NCBI GenBank assembly: GCA_001938485.1
Contig: MQRK01179601.1
Span: 74,831 to 138,830 of the forward strand
Source: Girardia tigrina
Lineage: Eukaryota
Length of the DNA stretch: 64,000 nt
Reading direction: 5' to 3'
A program made the position numbers and the translations under genes. Shown one piece after another: positions 1 to 13,940 of this stretch. The notes beneath the pieces are model-generated. The model was not told where the DNA came from, searched no databases, and was given only the letters and a program-made list of their open reading frames with translations. Every line of letters begins with the position of its first letter. The stretch's first letter is position 1.

Positions 1-474
1 GATTTATACAAATTATTCATTTGTCTACAGCTTTTTTAATAACATATTATCATTTTGTGCACTTAATGTGTAGAAAATGTGAAAGTCAACAGACTTTTGT
101 CCACAGCTGTATATTATATGAGATTATTCTATATAGATTAGATTTCGGATTGTTTTAGATTCAGTGTGAAGGCTAAAATATAGTGGATTTCATTGAGAGA
201 GAAGTTTTCTCTCAAATATCAGCTTTTGGTTGTCATCTTTATCATATGCCACTCCGTATATTGTAAAGTACGAAAGATAGACTAAACATATCGTTTTCTT
301 ACATGGTAATTGATAGTTGATAATGGTTTGTTTGCGAGAAAAGAATTGATCGCGTTTAGTGTATTTTTTTAAAAAGAGATAAAATAAATTCATTTTAATC
401 ATATAATTTATTGGTAAAATGTTTTATTTAATTATTATATGTTTCCGTATAGCGTGCTAGTTGAATACGTGTGT

Positions 475-520
475 GGATGACCTGATGATGAAATTGTTAT
501 TTCAAAACGCATCGTCTTAT
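475..520 (+). ncRNA. Degenerate minimal (Penelope-type) hammerhead ribozyme
   Basis: gac-CTGATGA-t-gaaat/tgtt/atttc-AAAA-cgca-TC-gtc. Matches the type I core if two G>A transitions are reverted (GAAA, CGCG). Confidence 0.5.
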
Positions 521-1236
521 TTTATTTGTTATTTATATATATAATACAAAAAATACTTTTTTATTTATCTCTTAATCATCAAAACTAAAATAATATATCA
601 AAAGGAGTAAAACGGATCACGTTTTTGATCAAAATCAATTAAATAAATATTTCTCGATTTATTAATTTTAATTACCCTATTTAACTTAAAGCGGAAGTTT
701 CTTGTAAAAAGCATTACTAATTGCTTTCTAAAAAAAACTTTTTTAGAGTTCTTCGCTTAGCTTTTAACATCCAAAATGTAAAAGCTTCCTGTACTTTATT
801 TTATTTAAATAATTCTTTGTTTTTTTATGGAAATTGGTTTTCTTTGAAAAGGAACATATATCAAGTTTTTATAAAATATAACTGTTTCATTAATTTCCAT
901 CAAATTTTTTTTTAAAATCGAATTTTTCCTAATTAATAAACAAGTCATATTTTTGAAAAATAAAATTATTTTAAGAAGACAAAAAAGTTTGTGAATAATT
1001 TGTTAGTAATTTAATGAGAAAAACTCTTTATTAACTTTAAAAATTATTTTTGTCTGTTGTTAAATTTTGAGACTAAAAGATCTTCCTTTTTCTTGAGTAA
1101 ACTTTAAATTATTTTGTTACTCTTAAAATAAAATAAAGTAGTGTATTTTTATAATAAATTTGATTACTTTGATAAAATATAAGCAAATTTTTTTAGGTCT
1201 AAATTGCTTATATGTTTACAATTAACTATCAACTTA

Positions 1237-2318
1237 GGGTTACAGAATTAATTTCACCAATGAATTAATTTCATCACAAAATTAATTTCACAAAGAATTA
1301 ATTTTAAATAATTTTAAATATTAATATTTTATGTATGTTTTAAATTTGGAATATTTCAATGTGCATGGATGAAACTTTCTATATTGTGCCGTATATCTTC
1401 AGTTAGCTACTTTTGATATCAGTCAAGAAAGGTAATCGTTTTTTGCCTACATTTTTTATTCTGATGAATAAAACCCATTTATGATCACATTATAAAGCTG
1501 AAATAAAAAATCAAGGATCTGGTAACAAACTTAACCCACTTTCTAAATAATAACTTTGAAAAGCGTCAATAAATGCTATGCGATATCATTTTTTCTTCTT
1601 CCAATTTTTTTTGTTTCTTCCACTTTAAACTATTCAACTTAAGAAAAATCAGCATATTACATCTCAAAAGATTTTATTGTAAAAAAAATTTACAAATTAA
1701 TGGTTATACCTAATTTTTGCTATTGGTTTCTAACCATCTGTAAAATAGTGAGTTTCTTCGAAACAATATCAATGCTTAACTGTAGAAATGCAACCAAGAA
1801 ACAAATAATGACTGCATACCTCAATTATTTTCAAAGAAGTTGGCTTAGAGACCTGAGGTTTATTAATTTGTATAATTCCTCTGCTTTAACATATAACTTT
1901 TCAGAGATTTTTAACAAAAAACTGAAATCTAGCTTAGTTGCACATCACTCAAAGATTTTATGGCATTTCTATGAAAAATTAAATTTGATGATATATATTT
2001 AGATTCAATAAGGATTTCAAACAATTTGAACACAACTCGCCAAAGAACAACCATGAACACTTTTATTAGACGAGCTGAAATGAAATCCAGACTGATAAAT
2101 AATAAATATACTGAATTTCAATTTTTGTGCAGTCATTTCAATGTATCCGACATTTTTTGGTGAAACAAACACATTTTGGTGAAATTAATTCATTGGTGAA
2201 ATTAATTCATTGGTGAAATTAATTCATTGGTGAAATTAATTTTTTGGTGAAATAAATACATTGGTGAAATAAATGTTTTGGTGAAACTAATTCATCGGTG
2301 AAATTAATTATGCACCCC
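1237..2318 (+). mobile_element. Degenerate Mutator-like (MULE) element
   Basis: TIR gggttacagaattaatttcacc / ggtgaaattaattatgcacccc; 8-bp TSD TCAACTTA; 17-bp subterminal tandem repeats (ggtgaaattaattcatt); broken transposase motifs MDETFYIVP, (D)FEK...NAM, CFFHF, YFQRSWL. Confidence 0.85.
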
Positions 2319-2974
2319 TCAACTTATAGGACCTAACTTATTATCTGAAGTTTAAAGTTATAAAGATGGGCCTTAATTGAGTATATAAATGAATAATAAA
2401 GTTCCAAACTAAGATATAAATCATCAAGAAGAATAATTCTTTGAATCAAGGGTCCAAACTGGTAAAATCTCTGATAAGTAAAACACAACCAATTTTATCA
2501 TTAAATATTGAAATATAAAATAATTTCCATTTTGTATACATTAATATAATCTATAATTTATAAAATACTAAGAATGATAAAGTTTCATTTGAATAATCTA
2601 GTTTGTTCACAATTACGTTTTTTAATGAAATTATTGAGTCTATTAGTAAACCAAAGTGTATATAAAAGAACACATCATATATGCAAACAATTATATTTGC
2701 TTAAATACGCGGTGTTAAATTTAGAGGTGTTTAAAATTTCCTCCGTCATTGTTGCAACACATTAGAAGACATGGAATCCAGGAAGCTGTGGTGTTTCGCG
2801 AGAATCCTGATCCAAAACTAAATGAGTCAATAAAGTTGGCCGCTCGAATGGATCTATGTCACTTAATAAATAATCTTGGCCAATTTCCAAAGAACAACGT
2901 TTGACTTGATTCAGAAATCAAATATTAAAAAAAATTATTATTTTAATCAAATCGCTACAATTTATTTCGTCAAA

Positions 2975-3860
2975 AAAAAATGGAGATCCCTGGACACCTC
3001 TACCAGGTTCTGTGAAGTTTGTAAAACGAGTTTTCAGAACTTACACGAGCATTTGAATGCGCCTATGCATAAGTCGTTCGCTGAAAATGAGTCGAACTTT
3101 TTGGAGATCGATAAATTGATCGGTGTTGATTCGATGAAAGTTGCGTCCTTTCTGATGGAACGCAATCAGTTGTGACAACAGCACAAGAAATCGCGAGTCC
3201 TCCTCACTCATCGGTCGATACTGTCGCCACCACACTCACCTCTGCATCAGCAGCAACAGTTTGGTGCAAAGGACAATCAATCATTGAACAAATCGGTCGT
3301 TTCAGTCAACTCTTATGACCCCACAGACGCTAACGCATAAAAAAATCAGTCAATGAAGATGCGTCATCATCTTCATCGTCGTCATCCGTCGATACATCCT
3401 CTTCGTGCTCGTCTTCCCAATCTTCTTCCTCCTCAAAATCATCGTCAAACGTCATAGATGATCGTCTCGATCCTTTGTTAGTTTCATCAATTCCCCTCGT
3501 TAGTCGTAATCAAAGAGCAAAGACTCAATCCAAGAGAACGACCGTTTCCCTCGACTCGATATCGACCGAAGAAAATCAGCAGCAGTCGATACTATCGCAG
3601 CACGTTAGCGAAATAATCGATAATCTCAACTGTAATTTGATCGAGCGTGTTTCTCTTAACGACNATAATAACGACTCAATCAATATTCACATCAACAACA
3701 GAATCAATAATGAAACCAAATCTCCGATAATTTCCCGCCGATTCCATTGGTGCCAATTCGATCCGCTTCAAGTCAAAACAGATCATCCGTTCATCGAGGT
3801 GATCGATTTACGGTTTCTGTCGATCAATGATGAAATCAATCGATCAATGCCGATTGGGAG
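2975..3860 (+). pseudogene. DBF4/ZDBF2-like fragment (DBF4-type zinc finger), frameshifted
   Basis: FCEVCKTSFQNLHEHLNAPMHKSFAENESNFLEIDKLI fits zf-DBF (CxxC...H...H..FA....ID). Apparent 1-nt deletion near 3005 (PWTPLPG|FCEVC), stops downstream, Ser-rich linker, motif-M-like PFIEVIDL near 3790. Confidence 0.7.
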
Positions 3861-4844
3861 CCTCAAAATTGTGCCTATTTGTGATTGGTACTTATCAAAT
3901 ATCCTGATTAAAGCAGATTACTAGGAATGGATATTTCTTTTACTTTTAATGATGGAAGAATATGAAGAAATTATGTCCTTATTTCAGTACTTTGCTTTAA
4001 ACATAAATAACTCAAGTAAAATATCGTTGCTGAGTGAGACTACTGAGTTTATATAAACGATTATCTTATGGAACATCAAACAAGAAACTAAATACGTGTT
4101 ATTCTTACTGAAAATTAGAGATTCATTAATTTCATTATTTGAAGAAAGAATAAACGAAATAAATGATCAAATTATTCTCAATTGGAAAATGTCAATTCAT
4201 TTAAGACTAGTAAATTTAAGGAAGATTCCTTAGTATTGTCTCCCATCGTCAATCATTCATCTTTTACTTTAGGCCAATTGGTTATTGATACAAATAATGT
4301 AGAACCTAATATCCACCATAATGAAACTTCAAATCAAGTAACTAATTCTAAGCAGATATTTGAAAAATTTTCCAGTCGATTCAAAATCCATACAAAAGAT
4401 AAAATTCAATTCGTAAATAATAAATATTCAAAGTCTGAAGTACTTCAAAATGCCTTTTCTCTTTCAAATAATGATCAAGATGCATCATTTGTTGAATCTG
4501 ATCCTTTAGTATCAACAGAAACGGACGTGCAAAATTATAAATTGGGCTGTTCATTGTCATAAATAAAAGCATTTTATAAATTCGAATAATAAATTGACAT
4601 AATATTATTTTTATTGAATTGTAAAGGATTATTGCTCATCTATTTATTTGGAAAAAATAATTGGAATACATCGTTGAAAAAAAATAATGTTCTGTTTTAT
4701 TGTGATTATCGAATCGAGTTTTTGTTTAAATAAAATAAAAATTAATTTCGGCGCGAGTTCCTTTTGAATTTACGGTTAAAGTCGCCATTGTTATTATTTT
4801 GAAATTTTTAAAAAACATTAAAAAAAATATTTCGTGCCTGAAAT

Positions 4845-5729
4845 ATGATCGATGAAACGATAAATGGCGATACGAAACCCTTGAAATTAAGATCACCGAT
4901 AGCGGCAACCGATATATCGTTGATTTTGGGGAGTCTATTGAGGAATCTGTCACATAATTCCGCCTCGATTTCCGATTCATCTGTCACACCGATTCTCGAA
5001 CTTGGTCTCGATTTGAAGAATTTCGAAGTGTCAAACGTTTTTCGCCATAAAACGACGGTCGACAAATTCCCCGTTATCGAATCGGAGATCGATGAATCGT
5101 TAAGGAATGTGAAATTGATTTCGAAATTGACGAATTCGAGATTTTCGGCCGGTAATATCGACGTTTTGAATTCGGTACAAATGCAGGGCATATCGGCAAT
5201 TAAATCATTATCGGATAGTCGGAACGGTCAGATTTATTTTCTGATCAGGAGTGGTTCGGTACCGTCGATGGAGTCCGGAAATGGTTTTGCGAATCTTCTC
5301 TATACGAATGATTATTGGCAACAAATCCGGTTTTCACGATCGAAACTCTGGGCCGAAATGGCTTCCTCAGACAGCTGTACCACAATCACAAATCTGAACG
5401 GTTCTAGTCTTGTGTTAGCCGCTCATCAATTGCAGATTTTGGGTCTTTCAACTGCTGAATTGGTTCAAGGGTTATTGGGTTCGCCACAGTATGATGAGTG
5501 TTCAATTGATTCAAATAACGACCGGGAGATTGCATTGTTGGATGATGACGATAATTCGATGACTAGTTCGCAGTTCCCTCATTCTACCCAATCGGTTAAG
5601 CTGGAAGAATGTAAGGTGCAAATTTTCAATGTGACCCCCCGACCGGATGCTCGCTCCCCGTCGCCGGCGTGCCGCAGCCACAAAATCGCTGCGCCTGCTC
5701 TTGCACCATCATGTGGCCTTGAGAATTAA
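4845..5729 (+). CDS. Uncharacterised 294-aa intronless ORF
   Basis: Long ATG-initiated open frame with coding-like, TCGA-rich composition; no domain recognised. Confidence 0.4.
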   Translation: MIDETINGDTKPLKLRSPIAATDISLILGSLLRNLSHNSASISDSSVTPILELGLDLKNFEVSNVFRHKTTVDKFPVIESEIDESLRNVKLISKLTNSRFSAGNIDVLNSVQMQGISAIKSLSDSRNGQIYFLIRSGSVPSMESGNGFANLLYTNDYWQQIRFSRSKLWAEMASSDSCTTITNLNGSSLVLAAHQLQILGLSTAELVQGLLGSPQYDECSIDSNNDREIALLDDDDNSMTSSQFPHSTQSVKLEECKVQIFNVTPRPDARSPSPACRSHKIAAPALAPSCGLEN

Positions 5730-8700
5730 GTCCATGGTGATGTTTTTCCATGCGAGTAGTAATGCATTTTTTAAATATAAAATAAATAATAAAATACTGC
5801 ATGTGCTATATAATTATCGGACAGAAATATCAACCAATCAGAAGTAGTCAATCACACCTTCGTCACGTGCTTAATTAAATATTAAATCTTTCGCTTTTAT
5901 ATATCTAAATATACATTTGTTTGTCTTATCATGTGTTTACTTAAATACACTTTGGTTTCATGAAATACTTTGGTCTTCTACTGTACAATATTGAAGTGCC
6001 ATTAAATTAACATACTTAAAAAATCATAAACGATAAATTAAATTTTATACCTCAGAAAAAAATTAAAAGGCACAATTATTTTTATCATTGCAATGCTTAT
6101 ATTAACTCACTTCCTATATATATAGGAAGTGAGTATATGTGTGCTACAAATTCGATAAGCATTTTTTTACTGACTTCCCAAGGTCAGATCAAGCTGAATC
6201 TATTCCTCAAATGTGTAATCCCGATAGCAATACATGAAGCAATAAAAGCATTTACTATCTGAAAGATTAATTAGAAATTTTTTTTAAAAAATGCGATTGC
6301 ATAATAATTACCCCTAAAGATTCATTAAATTTAAAACAAATAATATCGAATTTTTTTTTTTAGTATTTTTTTTATATTTTCCATGAATATTTAGCACTTG
6401 TTCATAATAAATACATTTTTGAATTCGTTATTAATTATTGTTTATTTGGTTATTTCTTTACAAGAAATTTTCAAAAGAAAATTATTGATTTTCTTGATTT
6501 GGAGTATTTAATTCTTTCATATAATTTTCTCGAGTTAAAAAAATAATTTTGCAGTAGTTTAAGATTCAAGAAAGACACTGCAAAGATCAGGCTTTCTAAT
6601 TCAACAATTAAAACTGGATTATTCAATCTAATAGTTTTCAGTCGAACTAAATAATTAAAAGATCAACCGTTGTCTCATAGTTGCACTGCACAGAAACAAA
6701 TGATTATTTTGTCCTCCAAAAGGCTCTATCGGACAACTATTTTAAGTTGTGGACCAAAAATACCAACTCCAAATCGATTAAATTGTTAAAAATTGCGATT
6801 TTATCATTTATTTTTGAAGGATCTTTATCCGCATAAGGTATTATTTTAAAAAAGATTTTTCATTTACTAGTTTTTTATAAGTAAGAAGTAGAAAAGAAAG
6901 ATAAAATTATAGAAAGATTGGAGAAGATGTAAAAAATGTCTAATAACAATGACCATTATGTTTAATGTATTGTATTTGGAGAATATCTTTGCACATATTA
7001 AAATTATTTATTTAAATACACCCGTACTTTTAAAAGATATAAAAAGTTACAGTAAAATAAAATATACTTCAAATAGAAACAGAATTATCACCACTAACAA
7101 AATCGAAAGGGTTAAACTTACTATCATATGTTAATAATGCGACTCAATATCAATCCCGAAAGTGCGGGATCCCGATATTGGAGGAAAATATTTTCGGGAT
7201 CCTGGGATTGTAAAAACAACCGGAATTGAATTCCCTAAATGCGAGTAAGGATAAGGAAAGAAGAACTTTCAATTCCAGATCCAGAAGTTTTTTATGAGGG
7301 AGATTTACTATCAATTCTGTCAAGTCTTGTTGTATATGTGACATAACATATACCACTTGTTGTATTTGTTTTGAGTATGACATAGTGCTGATGGACCGAT
7401 TGCGTTGCAACGTTTCTCAGAAAATTGCATCATTGATATCCAAATAAAAAACGCATGACCTTTTTAGATGCATTTTGAATTTTAATTGAAGTTGTTCTGC
7501 TTTTTTACTGAATAAAAAATAAAAATTATTTTATTTTATCTGTATTTATTTTATAATATATTCGTTGAAACATTGAAAAAAGATAGAATAATAATACTGA
7601 TCTTTTTTGACTTAAAGATCAAATTAAGTTGGAATCATTAAATAAATGCTTGTTCCTTTCTTAAAGTATGTAAAATTTATTTATTTTTCTTGTTATTTTG
7701 CAATAATCGCTGTTAAAACAGTTTTATTTTTGTAAAAGAAAAGTTTTTTCCTATAATGATATTATTGTCTTACGGGTGACATTTTCTTTCTTTGATGCTC
7801 TCTTTTTTGTGATAGATTGTTAACAATATGCTGGCGAATCATTAAGGATTATGTTTTAAAGTGACAGTAACCAAACAAATAAGTTAACATTTTGATTATA
7901 AAAGATTTAGTTGCTTTTTATTTATTGGTTTGGTATATTTTGAATCTGTCTCTCTTTTATATCAATAAATTCATTCATTGACATTCATTTATTTATGTTA
8001 GTCTTTGATAAAATGATCTTCTATCTGTAGATGCTTGAAGAATTTATAATATTTTTAAATAAAGATTTGCTACAGGTTTTCCAAAATACATAAAAATATT
8101 TTATTACTCTGTGTTGATGAAATAATTATTTTTACGAGTCTTTGAAAAATAAAAGAAAAGTTACATTCTAATATTTTAGAAAGTAACATTTATTTCCATT
8201 CTTTATTTATAAATTCAATCTAAAATTATAATATTTGGTTAGTAAGAAAGTTCTTGCGCTTTTAATAAATTTTAATTGTTTTCAAACTTTATAACAAAAG
8301 TTTTAAAAATAAAATTTGTACTTTAAGAAGGTTTTGTATTATCTAATTTATTTCAATATCCTTTTTTTGCAGAGCTTGTTCTCACCAATTATACTAGTAC
8401 AAAAATATTTTTTTATCAAAAACGATGATTCGCACTTTTATTCTTTACGACTTTAAATCAAGGTAAAACACCTTAGAATAAACTATTCACACAGTTTATG
8501 CCTTTAGAGAATAAACAATATTCTTACAACGTGTCAAACAATGATTTCAACACTTTCCTTTTGTTAAATTCTGTCTCATTGATTATAAGATTTTGATGAC
8601 GAGAGGTTGCGAAAACTTGTATAAGATAATCAACTCTTGATATCAAAATAAGTTGGTGCTTATTTTGATTAGTTCCGAGCTTTTTGTGCATAAATACAGC

Positions 8701-8983
8701 TTTGCTTTTTGCTTAACTTGTTTTAAGTTTTTCGATTAAGCAACATGCAGAAGAACTTTCTTATAGACCCAATACAAGATTTATAATTTAAAAACTATAA
8801 ATAACAAATTCTTGTTTCTTAAAAAATATATTTTAAGTGTTTTGTTATTGAAATTTTCATGAGCAAAAAAAAAATTTTCAAACTCATCATATTTAACGAT
8901 AATAAATCACTTCTGACAAAAAATACAACTTATTCTTAATAATGTGAGAAGTGGTTGCAACCTCAATATCTGAATTCATTTTT

Positions 8984-9565
8984 TAACACCAAAATTTATT
9001 TATATAACAATTCACATATTTAAACAATTTTTGCGGTTAATTTAATTATCTCGTCACAAATTAATCTATTAAATTCTTTTCGATTCAATTTTTAAAATCT
9101 TGCAAATTTATTAAATACATTTCACATTAAAACTAAAAATTTATTTTAAAATTTATTGGAAATTGTTTCATAACTTGTATTAAAATATATAAATTGTTAT
9201 GACTGTAAAAATATTTTTATTTATAAATAAATATTTAATATTTAATGGTTTTCTTATCATTTTTAATTTTAAGATATTTAATAGATACATTAAAAAGATA
9301 TTTTTTATTTTTAAATAGATATTTAATTTTTTTATGATTTTCTTTTATTATATCATTTTTAATTTTTTAAAATATTTAAAAAACACATTAAAAACATATT
9401 TTATTTTTAAATACATATTTGATTTTTAATATTTGTTTTATTATATGATTTTTAATTTTAAACTATTTAATAAGCATATTAACATTAAAATATTTTACCT
9501 TTTAAATTAAAAAAAATAATAAATTATTCTGGCGAGATGAAAATTTAAATTAACCTCTCATAAGA
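8984..9565 (+). repeat. Dispersed AT-rich repeat (second copy ~27941-28295)
   Basis: Shared ends: aacacc..aaaatttatt..ataacaattcaca and ggcgagat.aaaatttaaa.ttaacc.ctcata. Confidence 0.7.
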
Positions 9566-10039
9566 CTATTTTCGCAATGATTAGAATGACAGTAATAAAA
9601 TTCATAAACTGTATTACAAAATATATAAAAAGAATATTTTACTATTAATTATTTACTGTGTTTTTTATACTATAATCAAAATTTTAATATTGTGAAAGTT
9701 CTGGAAAAAAATTATGTGCAAATTTTAATTAGAAAAATTTATTGAAAAATTTAAAATAATTTTTAGAAGACAATAATACATTTTGTATCAATATAATATT
9801 AATATTAACAAAAATCAGATTAATATTTTAAAATATTCTATAATTTGTTCTACTAAACCAATGTAATTGTAAGAGAGTGTTATTGTTAATTTTTTAATTT
9901 TCAGAAATAAGAATTTTGGTTTTTAAAAATTTCGAATTATAATCGAAATTAAAAAAAATAATAGCAAATAGTAATAAAAAAAAGAAAATAAAAAAGTAAA
10001 TTTGTTTAAATAACAAATTTAAACTGTTGTAGATTAATA

Positions 10040-10342
10040 AATTTTTGCAAGTTTTGCAAAATTTTAAATAAGTTAATTAATTTTTATAATATTTAATAAA
10101 TAAATCAAATTAATATTTTTTAAATAATTAATTATCATTTTAATTATTATCCAATAAGTTTTGAGTGAATATTTTATTTAAATATTTATTTCCCCATTTT
10201 CTAAAAAAGTAATGAGAATTAAACCATTAATCAATTTCGCTTTGAATGCAAATGTACGAAAGTTTTGACAAAGATTGTTTTGAGGACAAATAAAATTGTT
10301 GTTTAAATAAAAATATAAAAAATCAAATTGGTGTTCTTAATA
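10040..10342 (+). mobile_element. 3' part of a solo-LTR family copy
   Basis: Ends in ggtgttcttaata with an upstream AATAAA; aligns with 26620-26925. The left boundary is approximate. Confidence 0.6.
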
Positions 10343-10607
10343 GGTATCAATCAGATTGAACAATTGTTGTTGAGTGTTTACTGATTTATTGAAGTAATTT
10401 TATGAAGATTTGTGCAAGAAGGTGTTTGTATAAATTGATTGTTGAAGATTTGAACAATTGTGCGAAACTGTTTATTCATATTAAAGTGTTATTGAAGAGT
10501 TTCTGTTCACTTCTCATATATTCGTGTTGATAAACCTTTTGTTCAGTTGGAGTCAGATAAAAATTTGAATTGAATAAAGTTAAAGTCTAATTTAATTTGA
10601 ATGCCCC

Positions 10608-11156
10608 TATTAAGAACACCAACATGGCTTTTCAAACTTTTATTTTCATTACAATCAGAATTGTCTTTTGGACAACTCTCAGCAAAACTCTCGTCATTCG
10701 ACATCGTTCTAAATTGATAATTTTTATTAATGTTTTTTAATAAACAATTATTCGAACAAATTTTTCATTATTTTCTGATTTTATTTTTAAAATTCAATTT
10801 TGTAGTTTTTGTGAGGAATATTTGGTGTGTGGATGTTTTTGTGTAGTTTTTGTATGTATAAATGTTGTATGTTGATTTGGGATTGTGCCTCTCCTAACCA
10901 GATGGATTGTCAATATTTAATTTTTATANNNNNNNNNNNNNNNNNNNNNNNNNNNNNNNNNNNNNNNNNNNNNNNNNNNNNNNNNNNNNNNNNNNNNNNN
11001 NNNNNNNNNNNNNNNNNNNNNNNNNNNNNNNNNNNNNNNACATCTAAAATATCAATTTTCCATCTGGGTGAGAGAAACACATTTCCAAATACTAAACTCA
11101 ACATACAAAATTCAACAAACCAATTTCAACATACCAAATTTAAAATATTCCTCACA
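10608..11156 (-). mobile_element. Solo LTR (minus strand) with a second LTR copy nested at 10810
   Basis: Near copy of 52967-53499 in reverse. A plus-strand TGTGAGGAATA start at 10810 runs into the gap. TSD not matched. Confidence 0.65.
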
Positions 11157-12239
11157 GGTCTAAAATATAAAATAACAATAAAACAAGTTATAAAAGGTAA
11201 ATTAATGAAATAATTATATTTTATTTATCTCAAAATAAAAAACAATTTTATTAGTATTAAATAAAACTCAAGATAAAATTTCCAGAAAATGAAATGCACA
11301 AAATTCTTTTTCAATGATAATAAATTTATAATTAAAAAAAACGAATTTTGTCGCATTAATTTTCTGTTGATTAAAAATATGATCAAAAAATTATAGTTGA
11401 AAAGAAAGTCTTTTTAATTAATTTAATTTATATCAAAATTATAAATTTCTCCTTCTGCCAAAGATATTGCTAAATTCCAGTTTAATATAAATTGAAGAGG
11501 ATTAAATTAGTTTTCTTGAATAGTTGACTTAATTATAATTTCTTAAAGTGTTGTTTGTGACAGATTTAGAAAATAAAATTTTCTTTTATATAATTAAAAG
11601 ATATTCTGATAATAGTTATACAATTTTTAATTATTGAAATTAATTAAAATTGCATATAAATGTATATTACAAGAATAAAATATAAAATGTATTATTTTAA
11701 TTCAATTCAATTAATACATATTCAACAAAATTTTAACTTTTTTATTTAAAAATTTTAATTGACTTTCCAAGAATAACAAATGTCTTTCAAGATACCAAAT
11801 ATATTTCGTAATACCAATATTATATTTCATATTCGCTACATAAGAAAAAAAAACAATTATGTAAATCACGGTAAGAATAAAGAAAGATTAAAAAAATATT
11901 TGTTGAAATTATAAATTACAAGAAAACCAAAAAATGATTTTCTTCCAATAATGTTATATTTGTAATAATATTTACCTGACAACTGACTGACCATCTTTTC
12001 AAGGTTGACATAATGCTCTCAATAACACATGCATAAAAAAATATTCATTCATTCATAGATGCGTTTCAAAGAATCTTGAAAAAATTTTTACAAATCGTAT
12101 ACATAAACAAAAGCAGTGTGCTACAGAAACACAATTTATTTATTCAGTTATGTATTTATAATAAATAAGCCTCTCCCAATTGGACGATATTTGAGTGTTA
12201 TAGAGACTTCAGTACCAGCATTTGCGGACTGGGTAGTGA

Positions 12240-13590
12240 GCTATAAACTCTGTATCGAGTAAACACAATTAATAGAATATACAGAGCCTACTGACTTTCT
12301 CGCACGGCTTTAGATGCAACAATGTGAGCTTTCAATTCATCTTTTTTATAAACTCTTGGACTTTATCGTTTATGTTCCCTTCTACTGCTTTAATATTTTC
12401 TTTTTTGTGTCTCATTACGTCTTTAATATCTGTTATACTACTTTTACTATAAAAACCGATATTTTGGGAGTCATTTATATCTATTAGTTTATTGCCCCGA
12501 CTGGCTCCACTTCTGTCGAGGCTCTGTTTTTTGGGTGACCTTCCTCTATCACTGAATCTTCATATTCTTCTTCAATGTTCGCCACAAATCCTTTATTGTC
12601 TATCTCTATATTGTCGTTGATTTAACCCCCTCCTTGGTAATTGTTAATCGTGATCTTTGTTGGTTTCTTCTCCCGTTTAATTTGGTGTAACATTCGTCCT
12701 CCCTATGATCTCTATTATGACACCGTTTACATTCTATATTCGGACAGTTTCTTCTAATATGTCCCTGCTGTCCACAACCATGGCAATTAATTTGTCTCCT
12801 TTCTGTACATTCTTTCTTAATATGTCTCTCCATTCCACATCCGAAACATTTCCTAGTTTCCCGTTGTCTATTTGTTACGCTCGTATATTGGTTTCTCTCC
12901 CAGTTTTGATCATTAGTATATCTGTTCATCTCTGTGCCCCCCGACTCTTGTATGCTTTTGTTCAAATCTATTGATATTTGGAGTCACAGCATCCTTGTTG
13001 TTCCTGGGTCTGTTCTGCGTTCCGTTATCTGTCACTACGTGTATCTGATCCTCCATATTCTTAATCTCGTGTATCATTTTAATCTTTTCTTTTATTTGTT
13101 CTACTCCTTTTACATTATTCATCCGAACTTCTTTCTTGATATGCCTTTTATCACAACAGTTCATTAATAATGTTTCCATTATGCCTTCTTTTGATATGTT
13201 ATGTTGCATAATTCTTTCTGCCATCTTTTCTATTTTTTTCGAAAAAAGTTTCAGATATATCATCTTTCATCCTCTACCGGTAAGCTTCCGACCAATCCTC
13301 AAATAGCTAAGATGTCCTATAAATGCATTTCGAAGTCGATTTTTATAACCACTTATCGACTTGTCAACGGTCTTATACTTTTCCTTTATGTCTCTGTCCA
13401 ACAGACACAATACAATGACGTCTTGTTTCACTTTTGCCACTCCAGCGAATTGGAAGAATGTTTCACATTCTTCTATGAACGTCTCCACATTGTCATCTTT
13501 CCTGAACTTTTCAGATAGTAATTTGTTCGTGAAGTTGTTCAAAGTAACATTGTTTGCCATTCTACGGGATGTCATCTTTAACAATATAAA
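12240..13590 (-). mobile_element. Ty3/gypsy gag-protease remnant
   Basis: Frameshifted gag with three CCHC knuckles (CFGCGMERHIKKEC, CHGCGQQGHIRRNC, CKRCHNRDHREDEC); CLLDT(E) protease remnant near 12260. Confidence 0.85.
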
Positions 13591-13940
13591 ACCTTTTAAA
13601 TTTTATCAAGATAATCAAAACTATTCATTACAACACGTCTATCATCTTTATGAAATTTACATATCTGTACATTCTTTTTTGATAGATTTTTTAATTAAAA
13701 AAACATTTATTACTTTACCTTTTGTTTTGTTTATAAAATAAATTTTACTATTATTTAACACATGTTTTAAAGAATCAAAATCCACGCCTTTAAATAATAT
13801 CGAATGACTTAATGTCAAAAATTGGTACATCGATTCAATTTTTGATTTAATTTTTAATTTATTTAACCTAATTTTAAAACCATGTTTTGGACAAAATTTC
13901 AATAAATTTATTTCTTCATTTATTTTAAATTACATTTCTT

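Noticed and set aside
2175-2310. CRISPR-like array
   Set aside because: 17-bp tandem units without unique spacers, inside a MULE end in a eukaryotic context.
6100-6850. Helitron/Helentron remnant (palindrome at ~6105, KSQ..TF-like piece on the minus strand)
   Set aside because: Similarity is too weak to support without a search.
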